Of a stretch of DNA of 26,619 bases, positions 1 through 8,869 are shown piece by piece. Numbering within the stretch: position 1 is the first letter of the stretch; every line of letters begins with the position of its first letter. Both the position numbers and the translations under genes were made by a program. This DNA is from a virus (taxonomy: Duplodnaviria > Caudoviricetes), in the IMG/VR virus record IMGVR_UViG_3300013285_000063, positions 1 through 26,619 of that record. One strand, given 5' to 3'. The notes under the pieces are model-generated. The model did not search any database. It saw only the letters and a program-made list of their open reading frames with translations, and had not been told where the DNA came from.

Positions 1-1
1 A

Positions 2-860
2 GTAGGTACTGGTTATTCAGTTGATAATTTACTAATTTTTGATAATGGAGTAACACAAACACCTGGAGTAGATTATACATACTCGGGATCAAATATAACT
101 TTTGTTTCTCCACCCGCTGTTAGCTCAATAATTCAAATTCGTAAACTAGGCAATAGTGCAATAGCAAGTGGAAATCTATCAATTAGTAATCTAAATGATG
201 TAAACACTATTACTACTGCCCCAGTTAATGGACAAGCTCTAGTTTGGGATAGTGCTTCTGGATTCTGGAAACCAGGATCAGTTAGTCCAGGTGGTATCGG
301 CGAAGTTGGAATTACTTCTGCCCTATTCTTTGGTGACGGGATAACTGCTAATTTTTCAGTAGGCACTGGATATTCTTCTGAAACTCTAATAATATTTGAT
401 AATGGAGTATCACAAACCCCGTATGTAGATTATACATACACGGGCGCAAATGTAAGATTTATTACCCCACCATCATCAGGCTCATCTATTCAGATACGAA
501 AGCTAGGAAATAGTACTATAACAACTGGTAACTTATCACTCAATACGTTATACGATGTAAACACTATTTCGGTAGCTCCACTAGAAGGCCAAGCTTTACT
601 ATGGAATAGTAATTCTGCTAAATGGATTCCTGGTACAGTTAGCTCAGGGGCAGGCGGCGGCGTAATCGCATCAACTAGTATATTTAATGGTGACGGCACA
701 ACAGCCAATTTCACGGTAGGTACCGGATATTCTGTAGATAATCTAATAATATTTGATAATGGAGTAACACAAACACCCGGCGTAGATTATACATATACTG
801 GACAAAATGTAACTTTTATAACTCCACCTACAGTAAGTTCCGTCATTCAAGTACGAAAAC
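2..860 (+). repeat. 357-nt (119-aa) degenerate tandem repeat, about 2.4 units visible
   Basis: VGTGYS..LIIFDNGV.QTP.VDYTY.G.N.TF..PP...S.IQ.RKL starts at 2, 359 and 716, an exact 357-nt period. Confidence 0.9.
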
Positions 861-1183
861 TAGCAGCAGATACTGCTACTACAGTATCTGGAACTGCATG
901 GACAATAACTAGTATTAACACAACGTTAGCAGTTGGATATGGTTATTTTGTAAATACTACAACACAACCAATAACAGTAACATTACCTGCCACTGCATCA
1001 TTAGGTGCTATAATACGAATTAATGATTTGGCAGGAACTTTCAATGTGAACAATCTCACAATCGCAAGAAATGGAAATAAAATTCAAGGAGTTGCTAGTA
1101 ATTTAGTAGTTACTAGACAACATGCCAGCTTTGGGTTGATTTACTCTAATAGCACATACGGATGGAAACTATTAGAAGCCTAA
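2..1183 (+). CDS. 5'-truncated phage structural/fibre protein with 119-aa tandem repeats and a C-terminal fibre-end domain
   Basis: Not in the ORF track because no start lies in the window. Frame 2 reads open from base 2 (VGTGYSVDNLLIFDNGVTQTPGVDYTY...) to TAA at 1181-1183. It ends ...VNTTTQPITVTLPATASLGAIIRINDLAGTFNVNNLTIARNGNKIQG...YGWKLLEA, homologous to the C-terminus of the 6196 ORF. Confidence 0.85.
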   Translation, partial: VGTGYSVDNLLIFDNGVTQTPGVDYTYSGSNITFVSPPAVSSIIQIRKLGNSAIASGNLSISNLNDVNTITTAPVNGQALVWDSASGFWKPGSVSPGGIGEVGITSALFFGDGITANFSVGTGYSSETLIIFDNGVSQTPYVDYTYTGANVRFITPPSSGSSIQIRKLGNSTITTGNLSLNTLYDVNTISVAPLEGQALLWNSNSAKWIPGTVSSGAGGGVIASTSIFNGDGTTANFTVGTGYSVDNLIIFDNGVTQTPGVDYTYTGQNVTFITPPTVSSVIQVRKLAADTATTVSGTAWTITSINTTLAVGYGYFVNTTTQPITVTLPATASLGAIIRINDLAGTFNVNNLTIARNGNKIQGVASNLVVTRQHASFGLIYSNSTYGWKLLEA

Positions 1184-1220
1184 ATCAATTTAATTTACTA
1201 TAATAGATTTTATAAGAAAA

Positions 1221-1227
1221 CTAAATA
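1221..1227 (+). promoter_or_regulatory. Putative T4-like late promoter box (CTAAATA)
   Basis: Intergenic TAAATA ending 5 nt before ATG 1233. It resembles the T4 gp55-dependent TATAAATA late promoter. Confidence 0.45.
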
Positions 1228-1232
1228 CAGAT

Positions 1233-1457
1233 ATGACTACAAAAATACAAACAACCAATATAAACGACGGGGCAATTACCTCAAGTAAAATTGGTAGTGT
1301 TAACATCAATGCATTATCCGATGTTAACACGGCATCAACTCCACCCACGAACGGTCAAACATTAGTTTGGAATGCCTTTACTAATCAATGGGAGCCAGGT
1401 ACTATAGCAGGTGGAACAGGCGATATCATAAGCCCATTTATGTTAGCAGGAATGTGA
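1233..1457 (+). CDS. Small fibre-associated protein (74 aa) ending in hydrophobic tail IISPFMLAGM
   Basis: ORF track. Contains INALSDVNT...PTNGQTLVWN...WEPG, matching the linker motif in the repeats of the upstream gene. Confidence 0.75.
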   Translation: MTTKIQTTNINDGAITSSKIGSVNINALSDVNTASTPPTNGQTLVWNAFTNQWEPGTIAGGTGDIISPFMLAGM

Positions 1458-1467
1458 GTAAAAAATT

Positions 1468-1797
1468 ATGACAATAATATACAAAGTATTGGGACAGTCA
1501 AGCCCAGCAGCATCAACTAATACTAATCTATATACAGTGCCTAGCATTGTTAGTACAGTTGCTTCAACATTAGTTATTTGTAATAGAGGATCAGCTAGTT
1601 CTTCTTTTAGAGTGGCAGTTAGACCAGCAGGCGCTGCACTAGCTGTACAACATTATTTAATGTATGATACAGTAATTTCGTCAAATGATTCACTTACCCT
1701 GACTATTGGTATGACATTGGCTACAACTGATATAGTTACTGTGGTATCAACCTCAGGAAATATTAGTTTTTCATTATTTGGTAGCGAGATAGCATAA
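1468..1797 (+). CDS. Small beta-rich phage structural/adaptor protein (109 aa)
   Basis: ORF track. The YKVLGQ..P..LYTVP....ST.VICN...FRVAVRP...YDT.I...SFSLFGSEI pattern is one I recognise from hypothetical proteins next to fibre genes in aquatic phages. Confidence 0.75.
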   Translation: MTIIYKVLGQSSPAASTNTNLYTVPSIVSTVASTLVICNRGSASSSFRVAVRPAGAALAVQHYLMYDTVISSNDSLTLTIGMTLATTDIVTVVSTSGNISFSLFGSEIA

Positions 1798-1798
1798 C

Positions 1799-4700
1799 AT
1801 GTCAATAAAAACGACAAGTAGACAGCTAGTAGGCAAACAAACAGTTAAAACATCTGCTGTAGCAAATAGTTCAACTGCAACAGCCGCCGCAACAATAGTA
1901 TATGATGGAGATTTTGATCCCTTTTTAAATACTGTTGCATTGCATATATCTGGAGTCCCAGAGTATACTGATCATTTATTGAAAGATAAAAGTTCTAATG
2001 GTTGGGATGAATACCTGGCAGACACTAGATATGATAGTACGATAGTACCATCATATTTTGGTCCTAAATATCAAGATTGGGCAACACATTTTGGCGAAAT
2101 AGGGTATTATAAAGTTGACGATATCCCAACATTACGACTTGGTACATCAGCATTCACTATAGAATTCTGGATTAAACTCATGCGTAACGATGCTACTCAA
2201 TATTATATTATGGGTAAAGGCGGTCAGCTCGGTGTAACTGCAGGTACTGGATGGACTATCGGTATTACTACCACAAATGCGGTGTTTTATTATGATGCCG
2301 TTTCTGCAGCAACCATTACTGGAGTAAGTTCATTAGTTGTTGATACCTGGTATCATGTTGCTGTTGTCAGAACAAATACTGCTTCTCAAGGATTGAAAAT
2401 TTATGTTGATGGTGTATTAGTTATTACTGGAACATCAACTGGTGATTTTTCTGATTATAATACATTGAATATTGGACGAGACCGAGTCTTGACTGCTGGT
2501 ACATTCTTTGGTGGGATGCTTACTGATATAAGAATATCTGGGTCCGCCATTTATACAGGTGCGTTCACTAAACCTACTGTTGCATTGTCAATGGGTTCAG
2601 CTTTATATTCGTTGCCGATGACATCATTTAATCATAGTAATGTATATACCATTCCAAATGGTAATCTAAATGATAATACTACTAGATCACGACGAATTGA
2701 TTCTCCTTTTATTGATAATTCCGCTATGCTTACTGGACATGGAAGTCATTGCGCAGAAGCATCAGATTACTATAGATATTCAGTAATATATGACATTAAA
2801 TCAGGAAATAATTCACTAAAATTTGGCACAGGTGCTTTTACTGTTGAGGCTTGGATATATCTTCCATCATATCACGGTTCTTTCTATAATATTGTTGGTA
2901 AAGGATTAGGGGTAATTGCTACTGCAGGAACAACAGGATGGGCATTAGCCGTAAATTATTACGGCCAGTTAGTATGGTATGATGATGCAGTAACATTTAA
3001 CGCATCTGCTGACGGACTTACTAGAACTATCACTAATTATATTTCAGTTGGGACTACTACCATTACTGGTACAGTAGCTTCTACTACTGGTTGGCAAACC
3101 GGAGATTATCTCAATATCAGTGGGGCAACTACTACTGAGCAAATAAAATTAAATGGAACCTGGGCTATTACAGTACTTACCGGTACTACATTTAGTTTTG
3201 TGGTATCTTCTTCATTAACATCAGGCACATACACTACTACTTTAGGAACTGCCGTTTTGCGACCAGCCCAAGCAATATATTCATGTGGTTGGTATCATAT
3301 TGCTGCAGTAAGAACTAGTACTGCAGCAAATGGATTTTCTATGTATGTTAATGGTAAAGTTGTTTATACCGGCACAGTGTCATCAAATTATAATCAAACA
3401 AATCCATTAACTTTATTTGCATCAAGACCTACGGACGATGGTAGTAATTTTGGTGGTAAAATATGTGGATTACGGTTATCTACTTCTGCAATATATTCGT
3501 CAAACTTTACCGCAGATCAAACCTTGTTAGATGCTAGTATGACTTCATCGGGTACTACATCTTTGTTAGTATGCACTACTGGAACTAATCCTCCAACATC
3601 TAACAATAATCAATGGGTAGACTATGGTCAAAGTCGGCTAGCACCAATATTGGTAAATTCTGAATTTAGAGTAGGTGGAAAATCACCAACTTCTCGTAAT
3701 GGGTATAGTCAATACTTCTATGACGGCTCTTCAAATAAAATAGTTGTTGATAAAACATCTGGAGATTTAGATTTTGGAACCGGAGACTTCTCTATAGAAT
3801 TCTGGCACTGTAATAGGTATCATTGGAGCGAACAAACTTCATACCGCTATATTTTGGATACCAGAAGTATATTCAGTGATACTGGTATTACAATTAGATT
3901 GTCCGGTTTAAGTACTATTGAAGTATGGACTAATGGAAAAGTAGTATTAACCGACTCTATTACATCAGAACCATCAACAAGACAACTTACAATGAAATGG
4001 ATGCATGTGTGTGTTCAGCGTGTGTCTGGATCAATGGCATTGTACATAAACGGTAAACGAATATCAGAATCTAGATTCAACGGAACTATAAATTGTCCCG
4101 GGCTCTTCTCTATTGGTAATGGTAGCTATCCAAGTTTACAATATGCAAATGGCATTTATGCTTGGTTAGCAGATTTCAGAGTACTAAATGGTTCTGCTGC
4201 ATATGCGGATGGATTAACAAATCCCATGACATTTAATGTACCAACCACTGGGTTACTTGCAATTACCAATTGTGTTGTGTTAACTTTCAATCAACCTATA
4301 TTAAACGATTATTCAGGTAGAAATAATAAAGTATATTGGGATATAGCGAATAATCGTGGTTATGAGGTATATGTATCAAACAAATCTCCTTATTCTGGAA
4401 ACAATTGGGATAGTACTACTCGTATCCTAGCAGATACTTCAGATAGTAATGCTGGATTTATTGCTAGAGATATGTATTCGTACACAGATTCTACTAACAA
4501 TACTTTTTCTTGGATAACACGGATGGCAAAGCCGTGGACTATTGAAATGTGGGTATATGGAACACAGACTAGTACCGGTTCTCCTACTCAATATACTCAT
4601 TTATATAATGGTAATGCTGGTGAAGGATTTCAACTTAGAACTCATTATCCAGGATATGGATATGTGTCTTTTTCAATGTGGAGAGCCGGTAGTGAATATA

Positions 4701-5752
4701 GAATTCAATCTGGTACGTGGGATCTCTCACGTTTCCAAGCTCACAGTTGGAATCATATAGCAGTGGTGTTTAACCCACTAGCCACATTTAAAATGGCTTT
4801 ATTTTGTAATGGATATCGTGTTGCTCAGGATACTGGATTTCCGTCAGGCGGGACAAAGACTTGGACAACATACAGATTAAGGGCTAACACTCAAGGTATG
4901 GCGGAAATAAGAATATCAACAACACCAAGATATACAAATGACCTTAGTGTTTATACTGTGCCCACTGGTGCATTCAGTTACGATAGTTATACCTATACTT
5001 TGATTAAACCACAAGTACCGTTCCCAGAACTTACATCATCAATGGGCAACTATTCATATGGCAATCAGATTTCATATCAATATAAAAAGTTTGGTTCCGG
5101 TAGCTTAAAATTCTCAAATAAAGAAACATCATTTGTGAATAGAACAAAATGGTTAGGGCACTCTTGGTTTGAAGATAATCTCGGCGCAAGGTACGCTGAT
5201 ATTACGATAGAGTGTTGGGCCACTTGGTGGGATGCTGCTGCTGGAGGTGAAGGATTTGATGCGACTACTGGTAACTGGTTATATAGTTTCGCTGATGACA
5301 ATTTTAAAGTAGGAGTTTCTCCAATAACTGGCGAATGGAAATTCCAATGGGCAAATGTGAATAATGTCTGGGCAATAATTTATTCAGGAGTAGCATGTGC
5401 TACTGCAAGCTCCGGCAGATTTGATCACCTAGCATTAGTGCGCAGAGCTATGAATTGGGCTTTTTATGTTAATGGAGTAGAAACAGCCGTGTTAATTGGA
5501 AGTCATAGTGCAACCTATTCTGTAGCAAGTGGCCCGACTCAAGATTTATATAATGATTTCTCTACTGTAAATATTAAGGTAGGAGCTGATTATTATGACA
5601 ATGCAACTACATCCTGGTCTGGATTTATACAAGATCTCCGAATTTCAATGATGGCTAGATATGAAACTACAGTAGTTAGCACAATTCCAACAATGGTATA
5701 CGCTGGAACCAGAATACCAGCTCTCCCAACAAAATTGTTTCCAACAAAGTAA
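1799..5752 (+). CDS. Multi-LamG (concanavalin A-like lectin/glucanase) domain protein, putative receptor-binding/tail protein (1317 aa)
   Basis: Five LamG signatures: FTIEFW (~2153), FTVEAW (~2837), FSIEFW (~3788), WTIEMW (~4535), ITIECW (~5201). Each is followed by WxHvAvVR..YvnG and G.i.d.Ris-type motifs. N-terminal DPFLNTVALH and C-terminal PTKLFP fit phage LamG proteins. Confidence 0.85.
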   Translation: MSIKTTSRQLVGKQTVKTSAVANSSTATAAATIVYDGDFDPFLNTVALHISGVPEYTDHLLKDKSSNGWDEYLADTRYDSTIVPSYFGPKYQDWATHFGEIGYYKVDDIPTLRLGTSAFTIEFWIKLMRNDATQYYIMGKGGQLGVTAGTGWTIGITTTNAVFYYDAVSAATITGVSSLVVDTWYHVAVVRTNTASQGLKIYVDGVLVITGTSTGDFSDYNTLNIGRDRVLTAGTFFGGMLTDIRISGSAIYTGAFTKPTVALSMGSALYSLPMTSFNHSNVYTIPNGNLNDNTTRSRRIDSPFIDNSAMLTGHGSHCAEASDYYRYSVIYDIKSGNNSLKFGTGAFTVEAWIYLPSYHGSFYNIVGKGLGVIATAGTTGWALAVNYYGQLVWYDDAVTFNASADGLTRTITNYISVGTTTITGTVASTTGWQTGDYLNISGATTTEQIKLNGTWAITVLTGTTFSFVVSSSLTSGTYTTTLGTAVLRPAQAIYSCGWYHIAAVRTSTAANGFSMYVNGKVVYTGTVSSNYNQTNPLTLFASRPTDDGSNFGGKICGLRLSTSAIYSSNFTADQTLLDASMTSSGTTSLLVCTTGTNPPTSNNNQWVDYGQSRLAPILVNSEFRVGGKSPTSRNGYSQYFYDGSSNKIVVDKTSGDLDFGTGDFSIEFWHCNRYHWSEQTSYRYILDTRSIFSDTGITIRLSGLSTIEVWTNGKVVLTDSITSEPSTRQLTMKWMHVCVQRVSGSMALYINGKRISESRFNGTINCPGLFSIGNGSYPSLQYANGIYAWLADFRVLNGSAAYADGLTNPMTFNVPTTGLLAITNCVVLTFNQPILNDYSGRNNKVYWDIANNRGYEVYVSNKSPYSGNNWDSTTRILADTSDSNAGFIARDMYSYTDSTNNTFSWITRMAKPWTIEMWVYGTQTSTGSPTQYTHLYNGNAGEGFQLRTHYPGYGYVSFSMWRAGSEYRIQSGTWDLSRFQAHSWNHIAVVFNPLATFKMALFCNGYRVAQDTGFPSGGTKTWTTYRLRANTQGMAEIRISTTPRYTNDLSVYTVPTGAFSYDSYTYTLIKPQVPFPELTSSMGNYSYGNQISYQYKKFGSGSLKFSNKETSFVNRTKWLGHSWFEDNLGARYADITIECWATWWDAAAGGEGFDATTGNWLYSFADDNFKVGVSPITGEWKFQWANVNNVWAIIYSGVACATASSGRFDHLALVRRAMNWAFYVNGVETAVLIGSHSATYSVASGPTQDLYNDFSTVNIKVGADYYDNATTSWSGFIQDLRISMMARYETTVVSTIPTMVYAGTRIPALPTKLFPTK

Positions 5753-5755
5753 AAT

Positions 5756-6154
5756 ATGAAATTCCCATCAAACCCAACAAATGAACAAGTAGCCGTTATT
5801 AATGGTAAAAGTTATACTTATAATCAAGATGTTGATGCTTGGTTAGTAGAGGGATCATCTGCCCCTTTAGTAGTAACAGAATACACCTACGATTATTTAC
5901 CTGACGGTGTAAAACGCTCTATATTAATGAAAGATTTAGGTGTTGATAGAGCATGGGATAATATCAGAAACACGAGAGATTCTAAAATATCAGAAATAGA
6001 ATGGCGGTATAATAGATTTCATCGTAATGAAAGATTAAGTTTACCGCAAGTAGATTCAATTGCAGCATTAGATGAGTACATACAAGCCTTAGCTGACATT
6101 ACTAATCAACTAGACCCACATAATATAGTTTGGCCTTCTTTATCAGTGGTATAA
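5756..6154 (+). CDS. Phage tail assembly chaperone-like protein with N-terminal FPxxP module (132 aa)
   Basis: C-terminal WDNIRNTRDSKI..EW...YIQALADITNQ.DP.NIVWP matches the pattern of the phage tail assembly chaperone family (W..iR..Rd..L...DW...YrqaLrDlp.q..P....WP). Confidence 0.7.
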   Translation: MKFPSNPTNEQVAVINGKSYTYNQDVDAWLVEGSSAPLVVTEYTYDYLPDGVKRSILMKDLGVDRAWDNIRNTRDSKISEIEWRYNRFHRNERLSLPQVDSIAALDEYIQALADITNQLDPHNIVWPSLSVV

Positions 6155-6184
6155 GTTTTGTGTTTAGCGTGATCGCTGGAAAAA

Positions 6185-6191
6185 ATAAATA
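6185..6191 (+). promoter_or_regulatory. Putative late promoter box (ATAAATA)
   Basis: Intergenic, ends 4 nt before ATG 6196. Confidence 0.5.
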
Positions 6192-6195
6192 GAGT

Positions 6196-7041
6196 ATGTC
6201 ACTAACTAAAATACCCGGCACGCTAATAGACAGTACTAGTAATTTTACATTTGCAAATGTAGTAGTTAATGGTAATATAACTAGTGGACATATACTTCCT
6301 TCTGCCAATCTAACTTATGATTTGGGTAGCCCTACTTCAAGATTTAGATCATTATATGTAGGTGGTAATACTATAGATATTGGTGGTGCAACAATTAGCA
6401 CTACTGCAAATGGTATATCACTAACTAGTCCGACTGGTGCTGTATTTTCAGTATCGGGTAGTAGCGCAGCGGATACGGTAGGATCATTCGGGTCATTAAC
6501 AGTAACTGGAAATGTGGCATCTGGTTCTTTTTATTCTAATAACTATTTTTATGCAAATGGTTCGGTAATAAAAAGTGGCGGTACCAGTACATCAAGTAGC
6601 AATGCGCCAACTAGTCCTGGAATAGGCGATATATGGTATAATACAACAACAGATGTAGTGTATCGTTACACTAATGATGGTGTAAGTAGTTATTGGATAG
6701 ACATAACTGGGCCTACCTATGGTGCAAGTTTTGTTCCTGTTGGAGGTTCTGCTGCTACTTATGCGGAAGCTACTGGAAATATTACATTAGCTGTTAATAC
6801 TAAGTATCTTGTAAACACTAGTGCAGCAAGAACATTGACATTACCTGCAACTCCTGCCCTAGGACAAGCAATTGGTATTATAGATGGAACGGGTACATGT
6901 GCAACTTACAATATAACTATAAACAGAAACAGCAGTAACATTCAAGGATTGGCTGAAGATTTGACAATTAATTCCAATCGTGCAGCATTCACATTAGTGT
7001 ATTACAATGTTGCAAATGGTTGGGTGTTAACAAATGTATAA
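6196..7041 (+). CDS. Tail-fibre-like structural protein (281 aa)
   Basis: Contains the GHILPSANLTYDLGSPTSRFRSLY fibre motif, an APTSPGIGDIWYN motif, and a C-terminal VNT...TLTLPA.P..G..I.IID..G...NITI.RN...IQG...GW domain shared with the first ORF. Confidence 0.8.
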   Translation: MSLTKIPGTLIDSTSNFTFANVVVNGNITSGHILPSANLTYDLGSPTSRFRSLYVGGNTIDIGGATISTTANGISLTSPTGAVFSVSGSSAADTVGSFGSLTVTGNVASGSFYSNNYFYANGSVIKSGGTSTSSSNAPTSPGIGDIWYNTTTDVVYRYTNDGVSSYWIDITGPTYGASFVPVGGSAATYAEATGNITLAVNTKYLVNTSAARTLTLPATPALGQAIGIIDGTGTCATYNITINRNSSNIQGLAEDLTINSNRAAFTLVYYNVANGWVLTNV

Positions 7042-7045
7042 ACGG

Positions 7046-7051
7046 TAAATA
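7046..7051 (+). promoter_or_regulatory. Putative late promoter box (TAAATA)
   Basis: Ends 3 nt before ATG 7055. Confidence 0.35.
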
Positions 7052-7054
7052 ATA

Positions 7055-7168
7055 ATGGCAATTTATTCCTCATTAAAATCAAGTGGTGCAGCAAATACTG
7101 GTAATGGAGGAACTGGTGGCAGAGCTGGCGGTTCTGGAATCGTAATAATTAGATATAGGTATCAATAA
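7055..7168 (+). pseudogene. 37-aa mini-ORF, apparently an in-frame internally deleted glycine-rich-domain gene (may still be translated)
   Basis: Below the ORF-track cutoff. ATG 7055 to TAA 7166-7168 gives MAIYSSLKSSGAANTGNGGTGGRAGGSGIVIIRYRYQ. The last 12 residues (GSGIVIIRYRYQ) match the C-termini of the 8870 and 18318 proteins. Confidence 0.75.
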
Positions 7169-7172
7169 AATG
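7142..7172 (+). repeat. Gene-junction repeat copy 1 (gtaataattagatataggtatcaataaaatg)
   Basis: These 31 nt are identical at 10208-10238 and 19473-19503, and near-identical at 18290-18320. Confidence 0.9.
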
Positions 7173-7598
7173 TCATTATCATTCCCACTAAGTCCAGTAT
7201 TAAATCAAACTACCGTAAGTGGAGGCTCTACTTGGATATGGAGTGGAACTTCATGGGTAAAAACAACAACCGGCACAGCAATTGATAATAGAATAATGGT
7301 TGCAGTCTCGGAAACTGCACCAACTAGTCCTACAGTAGGATCATTGTGGCTTAATTCATCAACTGGCGATTTGCTAATGTGCTTTACTGGAGGCGCTACT
7401 CCAGTCTGGGTTCAGGCAGCAGGCGCTGACGGGGTTATGGGCGCAACAGGTCCAAGTGGCGGACCAATTGGCGCAACAGGACCAGTCGGCTCAAATGGTA
7501 CAAATGGTACAAATGGAGGAACTGGTGCAACAGGACCAGCAGGTGCTGGTACATCAACAGGAAAAAGCATTGCAATGGCAATGATATTTGGAGGATAA
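7170..7598 (+). CDS. Short collagen-containing fibre/adaptor protein (142 aa) ending GKSIAMAMIFGG
   Basis: N-terminal FPLSP..NQ...WIWSGTSW module, APTSPTVGSLWLNS motif and a short Gly-X-Y run. Confidence 0.8.
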   Translation: MSLSFPLSPVLNQTTVSGGSTWIWSGTSWVKTTTGTAIDNRIMVAVSETAPTSPTVGSLWLNSSTGDLLMCFTGGATPVWVQAAGADGVMGATGPSGGPIGATGPVGSNGTNGTNGGTGATGPAGAGTSTGKSIAMAMIFGG

Positions 7599-7599
7599 C

Positions 7600-7971
7600 A
7601 TGGCAGCACCAAACATAGTAAATGTATCAACGATAACTGCAGGATTGGCTTATTTGGCCCCCGCAAACACAACAGCAAATTCATTAATTTCAAATGCGGC
7701 TAGTAGTGGAAATCTTATTAAGGTCAACTCATTGACAGCTACTAATGTTACTACTTTTGCTGCATCAGTTACTATTTCAGTAAATTCAGCAGCAAGTGCA
7801 GGCGGGACAGCATATAGAATAGCTTACCTTATAGTAGTGCCAGCATATTCTTCACTACAGGTAATAGATAAGGGTAATTTTGTTTATTTAACAGAAGATA
7901 AAAGCATAGTTGTTACCAGTGGGACAAGTTCTGCAATAGAGTATGTTTCAAGTTATGAAATAATTAGTTAA
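7600..7971 (+). CDS. Small beta-rich phage structural/adaptor protein (MAAPNIVNVSTI..., 123 aa)
   Basis: The ORF track starts at 7588 (TTG). ATG 7600 is more likely because it follows GGAGGA (7590-7595) and the upstream stop. The MAAPNIVNV....YLTEDKSI...SYE.IS pattern is one I recognise from aquatic phage hypothetical proteins. Confidence 0.8.
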   Translation: MAAPNIVNVSTITAGLAYLAPANTTANSLISNAASSGNLIKVNSLTATNVTTFAASVTISVNSAASAGGTAYRIAYLIVVPAYSSLQVIDKGNFVYLTEDKSIVVTSGTSSAIEYVSSYEIIS

Positions 7972-7975
7972 TATC

Positions 7976-8857
7976 ATGTCTAGGTTTGGTCGTAAACTTC
8001 TCAGAAATACATATGTTAATCCTACTGGATTATCTGCATCTGGCATATGGTCAATGTCAGAAATTGTACAAGCTAGACAAGCTGCAATATGGCCGTCAAC
8101 TACAGCATCTAATGTTACTTACTTAGTGGTAGCGGGCGGGGGCGGGGGCGGGGGAACAATACCATCTTACCAAGCGGATTACTCGGCACCCGGTGGTGGT
8201 GGTGGTGGACAAGTCATAACAGGTGTAGTAAATGCAGCAAATCCACAAACTTATACAATAGTTGTAGGTAGTGGTGGTGCAGCTCCTCCCCTTAATAGTA
8301 ATCAAGACTATAATTGGACTTCTGGTGGTACAGGCGGCACTACTTCTATAACAGGCAATACGTTGGGTACAATTATTACCGCAACTGGCGGTGCAGGGGG
8401 CGGAACTGCTGGTCCTGGAAAAGGTGGAACTAGCGGTAGCGGCTTCGCTGGTGGTACTAAAGGAGGTATTTCTACTTTTTGGGCAGGGGGAAGTGGTGGT
8501 GGAGATGCTGGCATTGCGGTACCTCTTAGTTATGGACATAGTGGCCGAGGTGGTCCGGGCACTTATGTAGTCGAATTCGCACAATTTGGAGATTCTGGCT
8601 ATTTTGGCGCTGGTGGCGCCGGGGCGATGTATGGTCAATGGGCTAATCATCCTGATTACATGTCATACAACGGCAGCGGCTGGACAGTAGGCGGAGGCGG
8701 ATCATATGGAAACGTTGCTGGACAAGCAGGTGTTACCATCATGCGTATTCCTTTGTGGTTGATGGCGGGTGTCACGGTCACCGGTAATCCACAATATGCA
8801 ACAGATGCTACTTATGCTTATTATTACTGGACAATCGGTGGCACTATACAATTCTAA
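7976..8857 (+). CDS. Glycine-rich domain protein, C-terminal-extension form (293 aa)
   Basis: ASGIWSMSE...WP leader, YLVVAGGGGGG, YTIVVGSGG and ATGGAGGG motifs; ends YAYYYWTIGGTIQF. Confidence 0.8.
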   Translation: MSRFGRKLLRNTYVNPTGLSASGIWSMSEIVQARQAAIWPSTTASNVTYLVVAGGGGGGGTIPSYQADYSAPGGGGGGQVITGVVNAANPQTYTIVVGSGGAAPPLNSNQDYNWTSGGTGGTTSITGNTLGTIITATGGAGGGTAGPGKGGTSGSGFAGGTKGGISTFWAGGSGGGDAGIAVPLSYGHSGRGGPGTYVVEFAQFGDSGYFGAGGAGAMYGQWANHPDYMSYNGSGWTVGGGGSYGNVAGQAGVTIMRIPLWLMAGVTVTGNPQYATDATYAYYYWTIGGTIQF

Positions 8858-8863
8858 TAAATA
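8857..8863 (+). promoter_or_regulatory. Putative late promoter box (ATAAATA)
   Basis: Overlaps the upstream stop and ends 6 nt before ATG 8870. Confidence 0.45.
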
Positions 8864-8869
8864 GATATT

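Noticed and set aside
6163-6186. Possible terminator hairpin (agcg-tgat-cgct) between 6154 and 6196
   Set aside because: The stem has only about 4 strong pairs and no U-tract follows on the coding strand.
7103-7527. 16-nt match aatggaggaactggtg at 7103 and 7512
   Set aside because: It encodes low-complexity NGGTG using common codons and is plausible by chance in this Gly/Thr-rich context.
7588-7599. TTG start at 7588 given by the ORF track
   Set aside because: ATG 7600 follows a GGAGGA Shine-Dalgarno and the upstream stop, and gives the expected MAAPNIVNV N-terminus.
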